From Bdellovibrionales bacterium (GTDB lineage Bacteria; Bdellovibrionota; Bdellovibrionia; Bdellovibrionales; UBA1609): a stretch of 64,000 nt of DNA. Made by a program: the position numbers and the translations under genes. This document shows, piece after piece, positions 54,619 to 64,000 of the stretch; within the stretch, counting starts at the first letter, position 1, and every line of letters begins with the position of its first letter. Location of the stretch: assembly GCA_965237565.1 (NCBI GenBank), contig OZ250145.1:1214568-1278567 (forward strand), given 5' to 3'. A model generated the notes under the pieces. That model was not told the DNA's origin. It ran no database searches and saw nothing but the letters and a program-made list of their open reading frames with translations.

Positions 54619-54945
54619 ATGATTGTAATATCCAATTCGGCTGCTGAACAAATAAAGGTCTTGATAAAAAAAGACCAGTTGGATGGTAGCAAACTCTTGC
54701 GAGTGTCTGTCAAAGAAGGTGGGTGCTCTGGATTTTCCTACAATTTGGATTTTGATCAAGATAAAAATGACAATGACAAAGTTTTTGAATCCAACGGAGT
54801 CCAACTCATCGTGGACTCTAAAAGCCTTCTCTACCTCATGGGTATGTCCCTCAATTTTGATGGCGGATTAAGCGGAAAAGGCTTCACCTTCTCCAATCCA
54901 AACGCTTCCAAAACCTGTGGATGCGGTTTTTCCTTCAATGTGTAA
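54619..54945 (+). CDS. erpA: Iron-sulfur cluster insertion protein (HesB/IscA/ErpA family)
   Basis: LRVSVKEGGCSGFSY and C-terminal CGCGFSF. Confidence 0.85.
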   Translation: MIVISNSAAEQIKVLIKKDQLDGSKLLRVSVKEGGCSGFSYNLDFDQDKNDNDKVFESNGVQLIVDSKSLLYLMGMSLNFDGGLSGKGFTFSNPNASKTCGCGFSFNV

Positions 54946-55003
54946 AATCAAAATACAAAGATGAATCCCCTCGTTGGAAAGCGCTTGCCTATCGGCAAAT
55001 CAA

Positions 55004-55885
55004 TCACTTGCCGGAAAATAAAAGAGACTTTTGATAAATCTTTTTGATTTCCTCTTGGTTGAAATAGTTTTTGTGTTTCTCATAGCCCTTTAATAGAATT
55101 TGGCACTTCTCTCTAAGCACATGAAGCAATTCTCGCCTTTCATATTCTGCGAGCAGAGGATTTTCCAGATGCTCTGCCAAAGCCCTCACTCTCCATTCAT
55201 CCATCGCTTTGTATTTTTTGGATAGCTGCCCCGAATGGCCTCCATACTTCCTCACCAAGGGACGCTCAACAAAACCAACAAGAGTGCGAGAGGTGATCCG
55301 CAACCACATCTCATAGTCTTCACAAACGGGAAAATCTTCACGAAAAAATCCAACCTGATTCAATAGTTCCCTTTGAACCAGCACGGCAGAAGGGCTGATA
55401 CAACAGAGCCACAAATTATCTACAAAAACACGCCCTCCCCTTTTTCGATGCTTTTTTTTTTGATTCACTTGCTTCCCATCACGAATCCAAATTTCATTCG
55501 TGTGAACCAAAAGATGCTCCGGATGCTCAGCCACCCACCCCATCTGTTGGCCGAGTTTCTCATCCAACCACTCATCATCAGAATCCAAGAAAGCCACCCA
55601 CTTCGCCCGACCCTCTTCCAATCCCAGGTTGCGAGCAAAACTAACCCCTCTGTTCAAAGCCTGATGGATGACCCGCATCTGCCGATCAGGAAATAGCCTT
55701 TGCCACTTTTTTAAAAGAACCCTTGTTTCATCTGTGGAACCATCGTCCACCACCCACAAAGTAAATTTTTTAAACTTCTGTGCAAACACTGAACGAATGG
55801 AACGATCCAAGGTAAAAGCCCGATTGAAAGTAGGAATGATAATATCTATTTCTGAAAGCATATTTGAATTATTTAATTTTTTCAC
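55004..55885 (-). CDS. Glycosyltransferase family 2
   Basis: IIIPTFNR start, VVDDGSTD, and a DSDDEW (DxD) motif. Confidence 0.8.
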   Translation of the reverse strand: MKKLNNSNMLSEIDIIIPTFNRAFTLDRSIRSVFAQKFKKFTLWVVDDGSTDETRVLLKKWQRLFPDRQMRVIHQALNRGVSFARNLGLEEGRAKWVAFLDSDDEWLDEKLGQQMGWVAEHPEHLLVHTNEIWIRDGKQVNQKKKHRKRGGRVFVDNLWLCCISPSAVLVQRELLNQVGFFREDFPVCEDYEMWLRITSRTLVGFVERPLVRKYGGHSGQLSKKYKAMDEWRVRALAEHLENPLLAEYERRELLHVLREKCQILLKGYEKHKNYFNQEEIKKIYQKSLLFSGK

Positions 55886-55997
55886 ACATTTTAACGAAAA
55901 AATGAGTTGATTTTATCCATGGTTTTTGATCTTCTTTTATGAAAAGTCAAGCACTCAAAAGTTTACCAACCCCCTATCTTATTGGAGTATCCCAACC

Positions 55998-56957
55998 ATG
56001 CAACCCTCTACTCTCTTTGAAGGCTCTGAAAAAAAATTAGAAATCATTTTCTCCCCCACTATGGAACCTCTAAGAAATCGCAAACACTCCCTTTGGAAGA
56101 AAATTTGTGAGAAAGCAAATAGCCATATCGTTTCTCGCTTTTCCAGTCGCTTTTGCAATTCATACATCCTGTCAGAATCCAGCCTGTTTGTTTGGGATCA
56201 CCGATTGTTAATGCTCACTTGTGGCCAAACATCTTTGATTCACTCTATTATTGCTCTGCTGAAACATTTCAAAGATTCAGATATTGAATTGCTGTTTTAC
56301 CAACGAAAAAATGAACTCTTTCCACATAATCAAAAAAGTTCCTTCATGGAAGACATTTACAAAATCGAAAAAAAAATGCCAGGGCAAGCGTACCGTTTTG
56401 GACAACCGCATGAGCATCACTTTCAAATATTCCACTCAAAAAGTGACTACCAAGAAAAAAATCAAGACCGAACCATTGAGATACTCATGTATGACTTGGA
56501 TGACAGAATTAAACAATTTTTTTTTGAGGCCGAAGGATCTGCCGAAGTCAGAAAGCGATTCAAGTTGGATCAACTATTTAAAAATACACAAATAGATGAT
56601 CACCACTTTAGCCCGCACGGCTACTCCCTCAACGGACTGAGAGACAAAAAGGAATACTACACCATTCATGCCACTCCCCAAGAACCTGGATTCTATGTCA
56701 GTTTTGAAACAAATATCATCGAAGAACCGCCCAAACAAATTATCGAGAAAATACTCAAGCTATTCAAACCAACTACTTTTGATCTCATCTTGTTCTCCTC
56801 CAATAAAAAAATAGAAAACTTTTCTTTTGATCTTTTTACACAATCAGCCTACTTTACAAAACGCTTGGAATGCGAATACGAAATCCATTTTTATAGTTTT
56901 TTTCAATCCTTTGCGTATCCCCTTCCAGCCTTTCAATTGAAACACAAGGGAGGATGA
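55998..56957 (+). CDS. speD: S-adenosylmethionine decarboxylase proenzyme, eukaryotic-type (class 2)
   Basis: Collinear by hand with human AMD1 over the whole length: FEGSEKKLE, the self-processing site YILSE|SSLFV (E60|S61, Ser codon 56178-56180), LTCGQT, FYQRKN, TIEILMYDLD, PHGYSLNG, YYTIHATPQEPGFYVSFETN and LFKP. Start placed at the ATG at 55998, after GGAG. Confidence 0.85.
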   Translation: MQPSTLFEGSEKKLEIIFSPTMEPLRNRKHSLWKKICEKANSHIVSRFSSRFCNSYILSESSLFVWDHRLLMLTCGQTSLIHSIIALLKHFKDSDIELLFYQRKNELFPHNQKSSFMEDIYKIEKKMPGQAYRFGQPHEHHFQIFHSKSDYQEKNQDRTIEILMYDLDDRIKQFFFEAEGSAEVRKRFKLDQLFKNTQIDDHHFSPHGYSLNGLRDKKEYYTIHATPQEPGFYVSFETNIIEEPPKQIIEKILKLFKPTTFDLILFSSNKKIENFSFDLFTQSAYFTKRLECEYEIHFYSFFQSFAYPLPAFQLKHKGG

Positions 56958-57853
56958 ATATGAGTCTGCTAGATTGGGAAACACAAAAAAGCTCTGGGAT
57001 GGACCTGTGGGTTGAAGAAAGACACAGAAAAGACTACTATGCCACTCGTTTTAAATGCAAAAAAGTACTGTTTTCTGCAAAAACAAACTATCAGCACATC
57101 GATGTGATTGATACGGAAGCCTACGGACATATCTTATTGAATGACGGCATCATACAATTGAGCGAAAAAGATGAGTTTGTTTACCATGAAATGATGGCCC
57201 ATGTCCCTTTATTTACACACCCCAAACCAGAAAATGTATTGATCATCGGTGGAGGAGACGGCGGGGTGGCTCGCGAGGTCCTACGTCATGATAGTGTGAA
57301 ACAATGCACTCTCGTAGATATTGACGAAGTGGTGGTTCAAGTCTCCAAAAAATATTTTCCAAGTATGTCGCCTGTTTTTAACAATCCGAAACTGAAACTG
57401 AAAATTGAAGACGGAGTGCAATTTATAAAAAATACAAATGAAAAATTTGATATTATTTTGGTGGATTCCACAGATCCTATCGGCCCAGCTTCTGCCCTAT
57501 TTGCAAAAAAATTCTACGAAGAAATCTCTTCTACCCTGAACAGTGAAGGGTTGGTCGTTGTTCAGGCGGAATCCTCATTCTTTGAAATCAAAACACAAGC
57601 TCTTATTTTACAATGTTTTCATTCTCTATTTCCGGTCTCTCAACTCTATCATTTCTCCAACATGGTTTACCCAGGAGGACTCTGGTCTTTTGCACTTGGA
57701 TCCAAGCGATTTCATCCTATCAAAGATGTTCAAAAAGAAAAGAACTCCTGCACCGGCTGGGATCTATGCTATTATAACCCAAAGATTCATCAATCCGCCT
57801 TCTCACAACCTGAATTTGTAAAAAAAGAATTGGGGCAATGGGTCAAAGGATGA
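56954..57853 (+). CDS. speE: Spermidine synthase
   Basis: IIGGGDGGVAREV, VDIDE and DSTDPIGPA motifs. ATGA overlap with the speD stop. Confidence 0.9.
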   Translation: MNMSLLDWETQKSSGMDLWVEERHRKDYYATRFKCKKVLFSAKTNYQHIDVIDTEAYGHILLNDGIIQLSEKDEFVYHEMMAHVPLFTHPKPENVLIIGGGDGGVAREVLRHDSVKQCTLVDIDEVVVQVSKKYFPSMSPVFNNPKLKLKIEDGVQFIKNTNEKFDIILVDSTDPIGPASALFAKKFYEEISSTLNSEGLVVVQAESSFFEIKTQALILQCFHSLFPVSQLYHFSNMVYPGGLWSFALGSKRFHPIKDVQKEKNSCTGWDLCYYNPKIHQSAFSQPEFVKKELGQWVKG

Positions 57854-58182
57854 AACAGAAATTTCTCCATAAGAGATGCAATTTTTTCATTCAGAAAAAT
57901 CAATGGGTAAGAACACATAAATAAAGATCATTTCTCTGCAGAAAGCGAGCCTTCTCTAATGAAAAAAAAATTAAATAGGAAAATATTACACGTTCAGAAA
58001 GGATTCTTCCATCGAAAAAGCCAACAGAAAAAACATACCAAAGTCCTTCAAGTAACTTACGCCCTTGAATCAATAATAAAAGTATATTTGCTTCTTATTT
58101 TCGTTGCCCCCTATATGTTTTCTAACTTAGTCTGTTACGTAGATAGTTGCATAACAACCAGAAACCCTCATAAAAAGGTCAT

Positions 58183-61083
58183 ATGCGCTTAGCATTCTAT
58201 TTCACTTTCCTTCTCTTTTTATCTTATTCATTTTTTTCCTCGGCAGAGAGTAAAAATTTTTGCAAGGAGATTTTCAGTCATCATCCCTCCAATCTCAAAT
58301 ATTCCAAACTTTATTATGAAGAACAAGCCCTCAAAAGAGACCAAAGGAACGGGAAAAATAAACACCCAGAATATACACATGTTGAAAGAGATTATCAGAG
58401 GGTAAAACTATGGGATGAAAAAGATGAGCGATTCATTGATTCTCGGATTTTGAATTTTTTGCTCCCAGATAATACCTTTGTTATCAACCATCAACTCGAT
58501 CGCCCAGGAAACCAAACCACCGTTAAGCTAGGAGAACCAGGTTCAGCCGTGATCGTAAGAGCCAATTACGAATATGGAGGCTACAATCTTGCGACTAATG
58601 TTACCTTCAGCAATAGAGCCCTCGCGAAAAACATGGAGGAAACAGAACAAAAATGGCTGGTGGGCAGAGATGCAAAGGCGGCGATTTTATACCTGCATGG
58701 CGGTGGAACAAAATCAACGGGATCTCATGTCGCTAATGCCATGATTAGTCATTTTAAAAATTACGATATTGATGTCTTAGCCCCAGATCTGCCTTGGCAT
58801 GCCAATGGCCACAGGGAGTTTATTCCTTCTTTTGAAACTGAGATAAATATTCTGAGCGCTTTTAGTAAAAAATATATCCCTCCCAACGTGCCTTTGTTTG
58901 TCTGGGGACATAGCTGGGGGGCGGTTTTTGCGGAAAAACTCATGACAATGACAGATAGAGAGAATTTTTCTTTTCACCCCAGTTTAAAAGGAGTGATCAT
59001 TCTTTCACCCCCTGTAGATGCAGCTCCAGGAAAACCCATAAATGAAAAATTTAACGCATACTATAAAAGGATAGATCACGCTAAACAAAATCTGACTCAC
59101 GAATTTGCAGACAGCGAGATGTATCTCTCGAAAGATATGGTGGCTGCCGGAAAAATTAGTCCGCTGGGTTCACTCTATTCCATGCACACCATGTTGCAAA
59201 TGAACCAAATAATCCCTACACATAAAGGAAGCAAATACATACCAGCCCTAATGGTGGTTGGAGAATCAGATCCCCTTGTCTATGTGGGATTCGGTGACTT
59301 GTTCAAAAAATATTATGACAAACTTGAAAATGTGGATGTTCACTACTTGCGTAAATTGCCTCTCCTGATCAATGGTGTCAACGAAGACACGAAGAGGGTC
59401 GGTCACATGCTGGGTGACTACATAGACCCAAACTCCAGGGAGCCCATTCATTCTCATCTGGGACAGAAGTTTATGTCTCGTGTAATGAATGTTCCGATAG
59501 GAAAAGTAAATATACCACTCATTCACCCTCTAGTCAGGATTACGCAACTCCATGCAAATGATCTGGCATTTAGAGAATTCATCAATTACCACATTCACAT
59601 CTCTGTAAACACAATTTCTACCTATAAACAATTATTTGCACAAAATTTAACGCAAATACGGCAGAATATACAACACATTCTCAATCGTGCACTTTCTCGC
59701 AAAATGCAACTCCACGAACTATTGTCCCAACTCACTGAAATTAAAACTGAACAAGAGCTAGACTCCATCACAGAGAAATTGGATCTATTATTGAAAACAA
59801 ATGAATTGCTATCTCATAAAGATTTGCGAAAAGATCTTTTTGAGTTGCAAAACGATTTATCTGTGGAGAAAATGTCCTTTGTAGCACAGAAACTTTTAAA
59901 CAAATACGAAAAAATATTGCGTAAGACGCCAAAAAGAATTGAGAAAATTGTCAACTCCATACTGAAAGCTGGTAGCATATTAAACGCAATCAAAATACTG
60001 CATAATCAGGCTGTGCCTTACGAGGTAAAAAACCAAATCAAAAAATCTCTCCTTCAATATTTCAAGTTCCAAGAGATCAGCGAGGGAACCTACGCTCCCA
60101 GATTAAAAGATCTATTAGAAGAATTTCACTTGGAACAACCAGAACAAATAAAAATGATCAAACGTCAACTCAATGAAATTAGATCAATTGTTCACTCCAG
60201 AAAAGAATTAAAAAGAAAAATAAGGGCATTGTCGAAGGAACAAAAAACTTTGTCAGCGGAATACAACAATCTTGTAGAATTGGTACGAAAAAAGATCAGA
60301 CTAATTAAACTAGTCATAGAAAAAGCAAGCTCGGAACCTCCTAAATCCCTTCTCCAAAGCTACGAAAATAGCAAAAAAGAATTGGAATCATTACAGAATC
60401 TCTCAGACAGTATGACCAATGTGATCGAAAAGTTAAGTTTCAACTTCATTGACAAAAAAACCAATGCAAGCATAGAAGAAATAAATAATAGCGTAAATCA
60501 AAAACGAGAGAAAATGGACCAGTTCAGTGAATTGTACAGCCAGTACATGAAGAATAGAACAGCACTAAGAGCACAATTGCTAAGAGTCGTGGAGAAAGGA
60601 GGCATGGGGGATGAGTCCCGAGAAGCTGTTGTTGCCATTTACGGGGATAAATCAAACGGCTACTATCCGACGAAAGGAACAAAAAGTATTTATTTGGATT
60701 TACAAAAAAAGATGACAAAACTGGCAGAAAAGGAAGATATGTTCTACAAAGTAAAAATCAAACATGGCCACTTAATCTTAGAATACCAAGATCTTTATAT
60801 GAAATTGTTTAAGCAATTGACTCCAAAAAATGATAACAAGTACACCAAAGCCATGACAATCGCCAACCAAGTTGTTTCCGTTAAGTTTCAAAATTTAAAG
60901 GAAATTCTTAGCCTCAAAAATCCAAATATTTGGGCTACAATAGAGAAGCGACCACAACATGAACAAAGGGAATACATTTTGTCTTACATTCAGACACACG
61001 AAAAATTGTTTCAAGAAGTCATCAATCTATGGAACCGGCTCAACTCTAGCCTACCACCGCTGTTGCCTCATGAAGCAATGTAG
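58183..61083 (+). CDS. Secreted alpha/beta-hydrolase (GHSWG nucleophile elbow) fused to a ~550-aa helical/coiled-coil region
   Basis: Signal peptide (FYFTFLLFLSYSFFSSAES). HGGG oxyanion-like YLHGGG, VWGHSWGAVFAE, candidate Asp (GESDPLV) and His (RVGHMLGD). The C-terminal two thirds are Lys/Glu/Leu-rich. Confidence 0.6.
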   Translation: MRLAFYFTFLLFLSYSFFSSAESKNFCKEIFSHHPSNLKYSKLYYEEQALKRDQRNGKNKHPEYTHVERDYQRVKLWDEKDERFIDSRILNFLLPDNTFVINHQLDRPGNQTTVKLGEPGSAVIVRANYEYGGYNLATNVTFSNRALAKNMEETEQKWLVGRDAKAAILYLHGGGTKSTGSHVANAMISHFKNYDIDVLAPDLPWHANGHREFIPSFETEINILSAFSKKYIPPNVPLFVWGHSWGAVFAEKLMTMTDRENFSFHPSLKGVIILSPPVDAAPGKPINEKFNAYYKRIDHAKQNLTHEFADSEMYLSKDMVAAGKISPLGSLYSMHTMLQMNQIIPTHKGSKYIPALMVVGESDPLVYVGFGDLFKKYYDKLENVDVHYLRKLPLLINGVNEDTKRVGHMLGDYIDPNSREPIHSHLGQKFMSRVMNVPIGKVNIPLIHPLVRITQLHANDLAFREFINYHIHISVNTISTYKQLFAQNLTQIRQNIQHILNRALSRKMQLHELLSQLTEIKTEQELDSITEKLDLLLKTNELLSHKDLRKDLFELQNDLSVEKMSFVAQKLLNKYEKILRKTPKRIEKIVNSILKAGSILNAIKILHNQAVPYEVKNQIKKSLLQYFKFQEISEGTYAPRLKDLLEEFHLEQPEQIKMIKRQLNEIRSIVHSRKELKRKIRALSKEQKTLSAEYNNLVELVRKKIRLIKLVIEKASSEPPKSLLQSYENSKKELESLQNLSDSMTNVIEKLSFNFIDKKTNASIEEINNSVNQKREKMDQFSELYSQYMKNRTALRAQLLRVVEKGGMGDESREAVVAIYGDKSNGYYPTKGTKSIYLDLQKKMTKLAEKEDMFYKVKIKHGHLILEYQDLYMKLFKQLTPKNDNKYTKAMTIANQVVSVKFQNLKEILSLKNPNIWATIEKRPQHEQREYILSYIQTHEKLFQEVINLWNRLNSSLPPLLPHEAM

Positions 61084-61104
61084 TACAAAATATTTGATTA
61101 TTTT

Positions 61105-61821
61105 CTAGAAAAGAAAAACAACACTCAATACACCAATAAAGAAAGTCAACATGATCACATCAAAAAGATGGCTGCTCATCAATTGTTCCCATGCCTTGTG
61201 TAATACATCCCTATACTTTATCATTCCTTTTGGAAGATAGCTTTTTTCCTTAAAGAGCCAAGTCAAACCCTCCATTCGCTGAATCATCTTTTTTGCTATT
61301 TTGTTATTTAGATCCGATTTTAAAACTCTGCCATAACAAAAAATCCCGTAGAACAAATCATTTCTTTTATAACAAGAAGCCAAAAATGCATCGTGTGCCT
61401 TCTGATTGTACCAATTTTTAATCACATTGCCCCAAAGAGCACGCAATTCAAATGGAGAGGCCTCCGCATTTTCCATAAACTTAATAAACACGAGTCCGCA
61501 GTGAGAACACTCTTCGTCGTGGATGGGAGAGAATTTATGACATCTAAGACAAATTTTCTTAGGGGTCTGTAACAAACGATTGGAAAACAAAGATTTCTTT
61601 TCCACTTGCTTGGCTTTCCCGACAATTACTTGAGAGGAATCTCTTGGATTCAGCCAAAAAAATTTTTGACAACTGGAACATTGAAAATCGGGATAATCCT
61701 CTTCAAATTCACCTGGAAAAGCTCTAAAAATTTGACGACAGTAAGGACATCTGACCCTGAGAGAAGAACGGAAAGAACCTTTTTCAACTTCATGGGACTG
61801 TCTCATAATGGTACTATACAC
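61105..61821 (-). CDS. Double zinc-ribbon protein with C-terminal TM anchor
   Basis: CPYC...CSSC and CLRC...CSHC pairs, with a C-terminal hydrophobic segment (VIMLTFFIGVLSVVFLF). Confidence 0.5.
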   Translation of the reverse strand: MYSTIMRQSHEVEKGSFRSSLRVRCPYCRQIFRAFPGEFEEDYPDFQCSSCQKFFWLNPRDSSQVIVGKAKQVEKKSLFSNRLLQTPKKICLRCHKFSPIHDEECSHCGLVFIKFMENAEASPFELRALWGNVIKNWYNQKAHDAFLASCYKRNDLFYGIFCYGRVLKSDLNNKIAKKMIQRMEGLTWLFKEKSYLPKGMIKYRDVLHKAWEQLMSSHLFDVIMLTFFIGVLSVVFLF

Positions 61822-61937
61822 GGAACAGGATTTGAAATCATGTTTTTTTCAACCTATGAATTTTCTTGCATTTTATTCTCTCCCCCCTATTGTTTGGAGC
61901 ACGGATTGAGATAAGAATCCAAGCCCAAGAGGGGACT

Positions 61938-63533
61938 ATGAACTTTTTGAAACGTTATTTTTACCCCCTGCTGTCCGGAATTCTCATCGGAACAAGCTAT
62001 ATTCCTTTCCCGCCATGGGCTATTTTTTTCTGCTACATTCCGCTATGGCTTTTTGCTCTCAAACAAAAAAAATTAAAACCCCTACTGATAGGAGCTTGGC
62101 TGAGTCAGTTCACGCTCTCTTTGATCGGCTTCAATTGGATCATCTTTACCATTAGAGAATTTGGAAATTTTTCTTGGCCTCTTTCTGTGATTGGATTTTT
62201 ATGCTTTGCAACTTTCGCCAATTTGCATATCCCTATCTCCTTAGCTTTCTGGTTTTTTTCAAAAAAACAATTTGAAAAAATCCAACGTCCCTCCTTGAGT
62301 TCACTATGTATTTGGCTTTTGCTTCCTATTTATACTGCCTTAGGATTCAAATATTATCCCATGATTTTCGATTGGCACCTTGGCTACACTTGGTTTTATG
62401 CCGGCTGGCCAGCAAGCCAAACAGCAGAAATATGGGGATTCCAGTTCATTAACACAATGATTTTATTTTCTAACCTCAGTTTCTTATTTGTACTCAAAAA
62501 ATTCAGAAGCAAAAAAGGCTTTCTTGTTTTGCTCTCTTGGACCATAGCTTTTATCGGGATAAGCCAGTGGGGAAAATATTTAAAAAATAGATGGCCAGAA
62601 CCGGATCAAAAAGCTAGGGTGCTCGTCGTCCAACCCAACATATCCCCTCCTAGTCGAAAAAAAGCCCGAAGAAATTCAAACTCCCTCATCATTTCAAAAT
62701 TAATGGATGAAACAAAGAAACACATTTTGAAGGAACAAAATTCCATTGATTTTATTTTGTGGCCAGAAGGTGCCTATCCCTACAATCTCAAGGATTTCAA
62801 ACTCAAGAGGAAAGATACCCTCATTCAAAAATTGATCCAAAAACTGCAGACTCCCATGGTGGTTTCTGCCATAGGACAAAGTTCTGAAGGAGCCACCAAC
62901 TCCATATTTGTATTCAATAAAAAAGGAGAACTAATTGAAAAGCCCTACCACAAAACCGTCTTGCTCGTCTTTGGCGAATATCTGCCTTTCGAGAATATCC
63001 TCCCCGTCAATCAACTTCTTCCCTATTATGGTGACAGCTTCAAAAGAGGGACAGGTGCTAACAAAGTGATAGAACTAAATGGTATCCATTTGGGATTTCA
63101 AGTTTGTTACGAAGCCTTGTTCGACGATCTTACAAGAGACTTGGCCAAGAACCATGTAAATATTTTAATCAACGTAGCCAATGAATCTTGGTTTGGAGAC
63201 GGACAAGAAAGATGGCAACACTTGTATATGAGCCTTGCACGGTCTATAGAAATCAGAAGACCCATCCTCAGGGGAACCAATTCTGGCATCTCTGCCTTTG
63301 TCTCAGCAAAAGGAGATATTGAAAACTTATCCCAGATCAATAAAGTCGCTAGCTGGATCCAAGACATTCCTTACACTGGGAAGGATAAAGAAAAACAAAG
63401 CGTATTTACATTATGGGGCTATTTCATCAATACGTATTTTTGTTGGATATTGTTTCTGGTGATCCATTTTTACTGGATTAAAGTCCATCTCACATCCATT
63501 TCATTAAAACCATTCATAAAAACAACCGACTAG
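61938..63533 (+). CDS. lnt: Apolipoprotein N-acyltransferase
   Basis: Multi-TM N-terminal half and a CN-hydrolase C-terminal half (VLVVQPNI, LWPEGA, VCYEALF). Start moved to the ATG at 61938, after AGAGGGG. Confidence 0.88.
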   Translation: MNFLKRYFYPLLSGILIGTSYIPFPPWAIFFCYIPLWLFALKQKKLKPLLIGAWLSQFTLSLIGFNWIIFTIREFGNFSWPLSVIGFLCFATFANLHIPISLAFWFFSKKQFEKIQRPSLSSLCIWLLLPIYTALGFKYYPMIFDWHLGYTWFYAGWPASQTAEIWGFQFINTMILFSNLSFLFVLKKFRSKKGFLVLLSWTIAFIGISQWGKYLKNRWPEPDQKARVLVVQPNISPPSRKKARRNSNSLIISKLMDETKKHILKEQNSIDFILWPEGAYPYNLKDFKLKRKDTLIQKLIQKLQTPMVVSAIGQSSEGATNSIFVFNKKGELIEKPYHKTVLLVFGEYLPFENILPVNQLLPYYGDSFKRGTGANKVIELNGIHLGFQVCYEALFDDLTRDLAKNHVNILINVANESWFGDGQERWQHLYMSLARSIEIRRPILRGTNSGISAFVSAKGDIENLSQINKVASWIQDIPYTGKDKEKQSVFTLWGYFINTYFCWILFLVIHFYWIKVHLTSISLKPFIKTTD

Positions 63534-63539
63534 TGAAGC

Positions 63540-64000
63540 ATGAGAACAAAGACAAAATTCTCCATGCTCCACGTGGTGACAATTCTATCTATCTCGGTCC
63601 TGATGGGTTGTACATTTGATGGCTTGTTTTCTAATTTTGAAATAGAAAGTTCTCTGCCGACAGAATATGAACAAGCAAGCAGAGAAGACAATGGTTCCTC
63701 TTTCGCCTACTGCAATCAGTTTAATAGCAATGAATTCTCAGGAGCCCTAGTTGCCTACTTTGACCAGGAGAAGCAAGCCTTTAACAAGAACAAAGCTTTT
63801 CTCATTTTGTGGTCCCTACCCGACGTACTGATTCATCCCAACACGAACTATTTTCAGATACATTCTTTTTCGGTCGAGAACAATCGTGAAATTTATAATA
63901 ATACTCCCGTTACCATAAACGTAATTTCTGAAGAAAAGTCCCATGTACTGAATGCAACTGCCATCGGCGATAAGGTACTAGATCAATTGGGCTTTATATC
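63540..64000 (+). CDS. Hypothetical lipoprotein, N-terminal part (runs off window end)
   Basis: Not in the ORF track because it has no stop in the window. I translated the ATG at 63540 by hand with no stop through 64000: MRTKTKFSMLHVVTILSISVLMGCTFD (lipobox LMGC). Confidence 0.5.
   Translation, partial: MRTKTKFSMLHVVTILSISVLMGCTFDGLFSNFEIESSLPTEYEQASREDNGSSFAYCNQFNSNEFSGALVAYFDQEKQAFNKNKAFLILWSLPDVLIHPNTNYFQIHSFSVENNREIYNNTPVTINVISEEKSHVLNATAIGDKVLDQLGFI

Noticed and set aside
57959-58192. 77-aa plus-strand ORF upstream of the large hydrolase gene
   Set aside because: Its composition is Lys-rich and then hydrophobic but without any motif, it has no convincing SD, and it overlaps the hydrolase start. 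It is probably a non-coding regulatory region, though a leader peptide cannot be excluded.

Overview
Low-GC (about 40% by eye), densely packed bacterial chromosome segment. It looks like a diderm: Lnt, many lipobox lipoproteins, IHF and an ABC-2 exporter are present. RNase Y, an FHA-GGDEF cyclase, a CpaF-like ATPase and secreted S8 and alpha/beta-hydrolase proteins loosely suggest a Bdellovibrionota/Oligoflexia-like organism, but that is weak inference only. Most of the window is housekeeping. A long minus-strand array runs rpsP-KH-rimM-tmk-holB-tatD-gap-pgk-tpiA-ilvA-(DNA MTase)-cmk-rpsA-sppA-rhomboid. Also present are eno, gdhA-pyrD, gcvP, zapA-MTHFS-rny-tyrS, erpA, speE, lnt and one tRNA(CAT). 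I found no transposase, integrase, CRISPR array, restriction-modification pair or recognisable toxin-antitoxin or defence operon. The best candidates for novelty are: (1) an AT-rich tandem duplication at 22.5-26.4 kb encoding exported proteins built from ~35-aa helical repeats with an mTERF-like signature, where one copy is decayed and a gene-conversion tract, operator-like palindromes and boundary repeats are visible; (2) a full-length eukaryotic-type (class 2) S-adenosylmethionine decarboxylase translationally coupled to speE; (3) an orphan Dam-family adenine methyltransferase inside the cmk-rpsA operon; (4) a tight coiled-coil / FHA-GGDEF / PIN-PhoH / CpaF-like ATPase / unknown cluster upstream of eno; (5) a 966-aa secreted alpha/beta-hydrolase with a long helical tail. 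All alignments and counts were done by hand from the sequence. No database search was possible, so family assignments rest on motifs I recognise.
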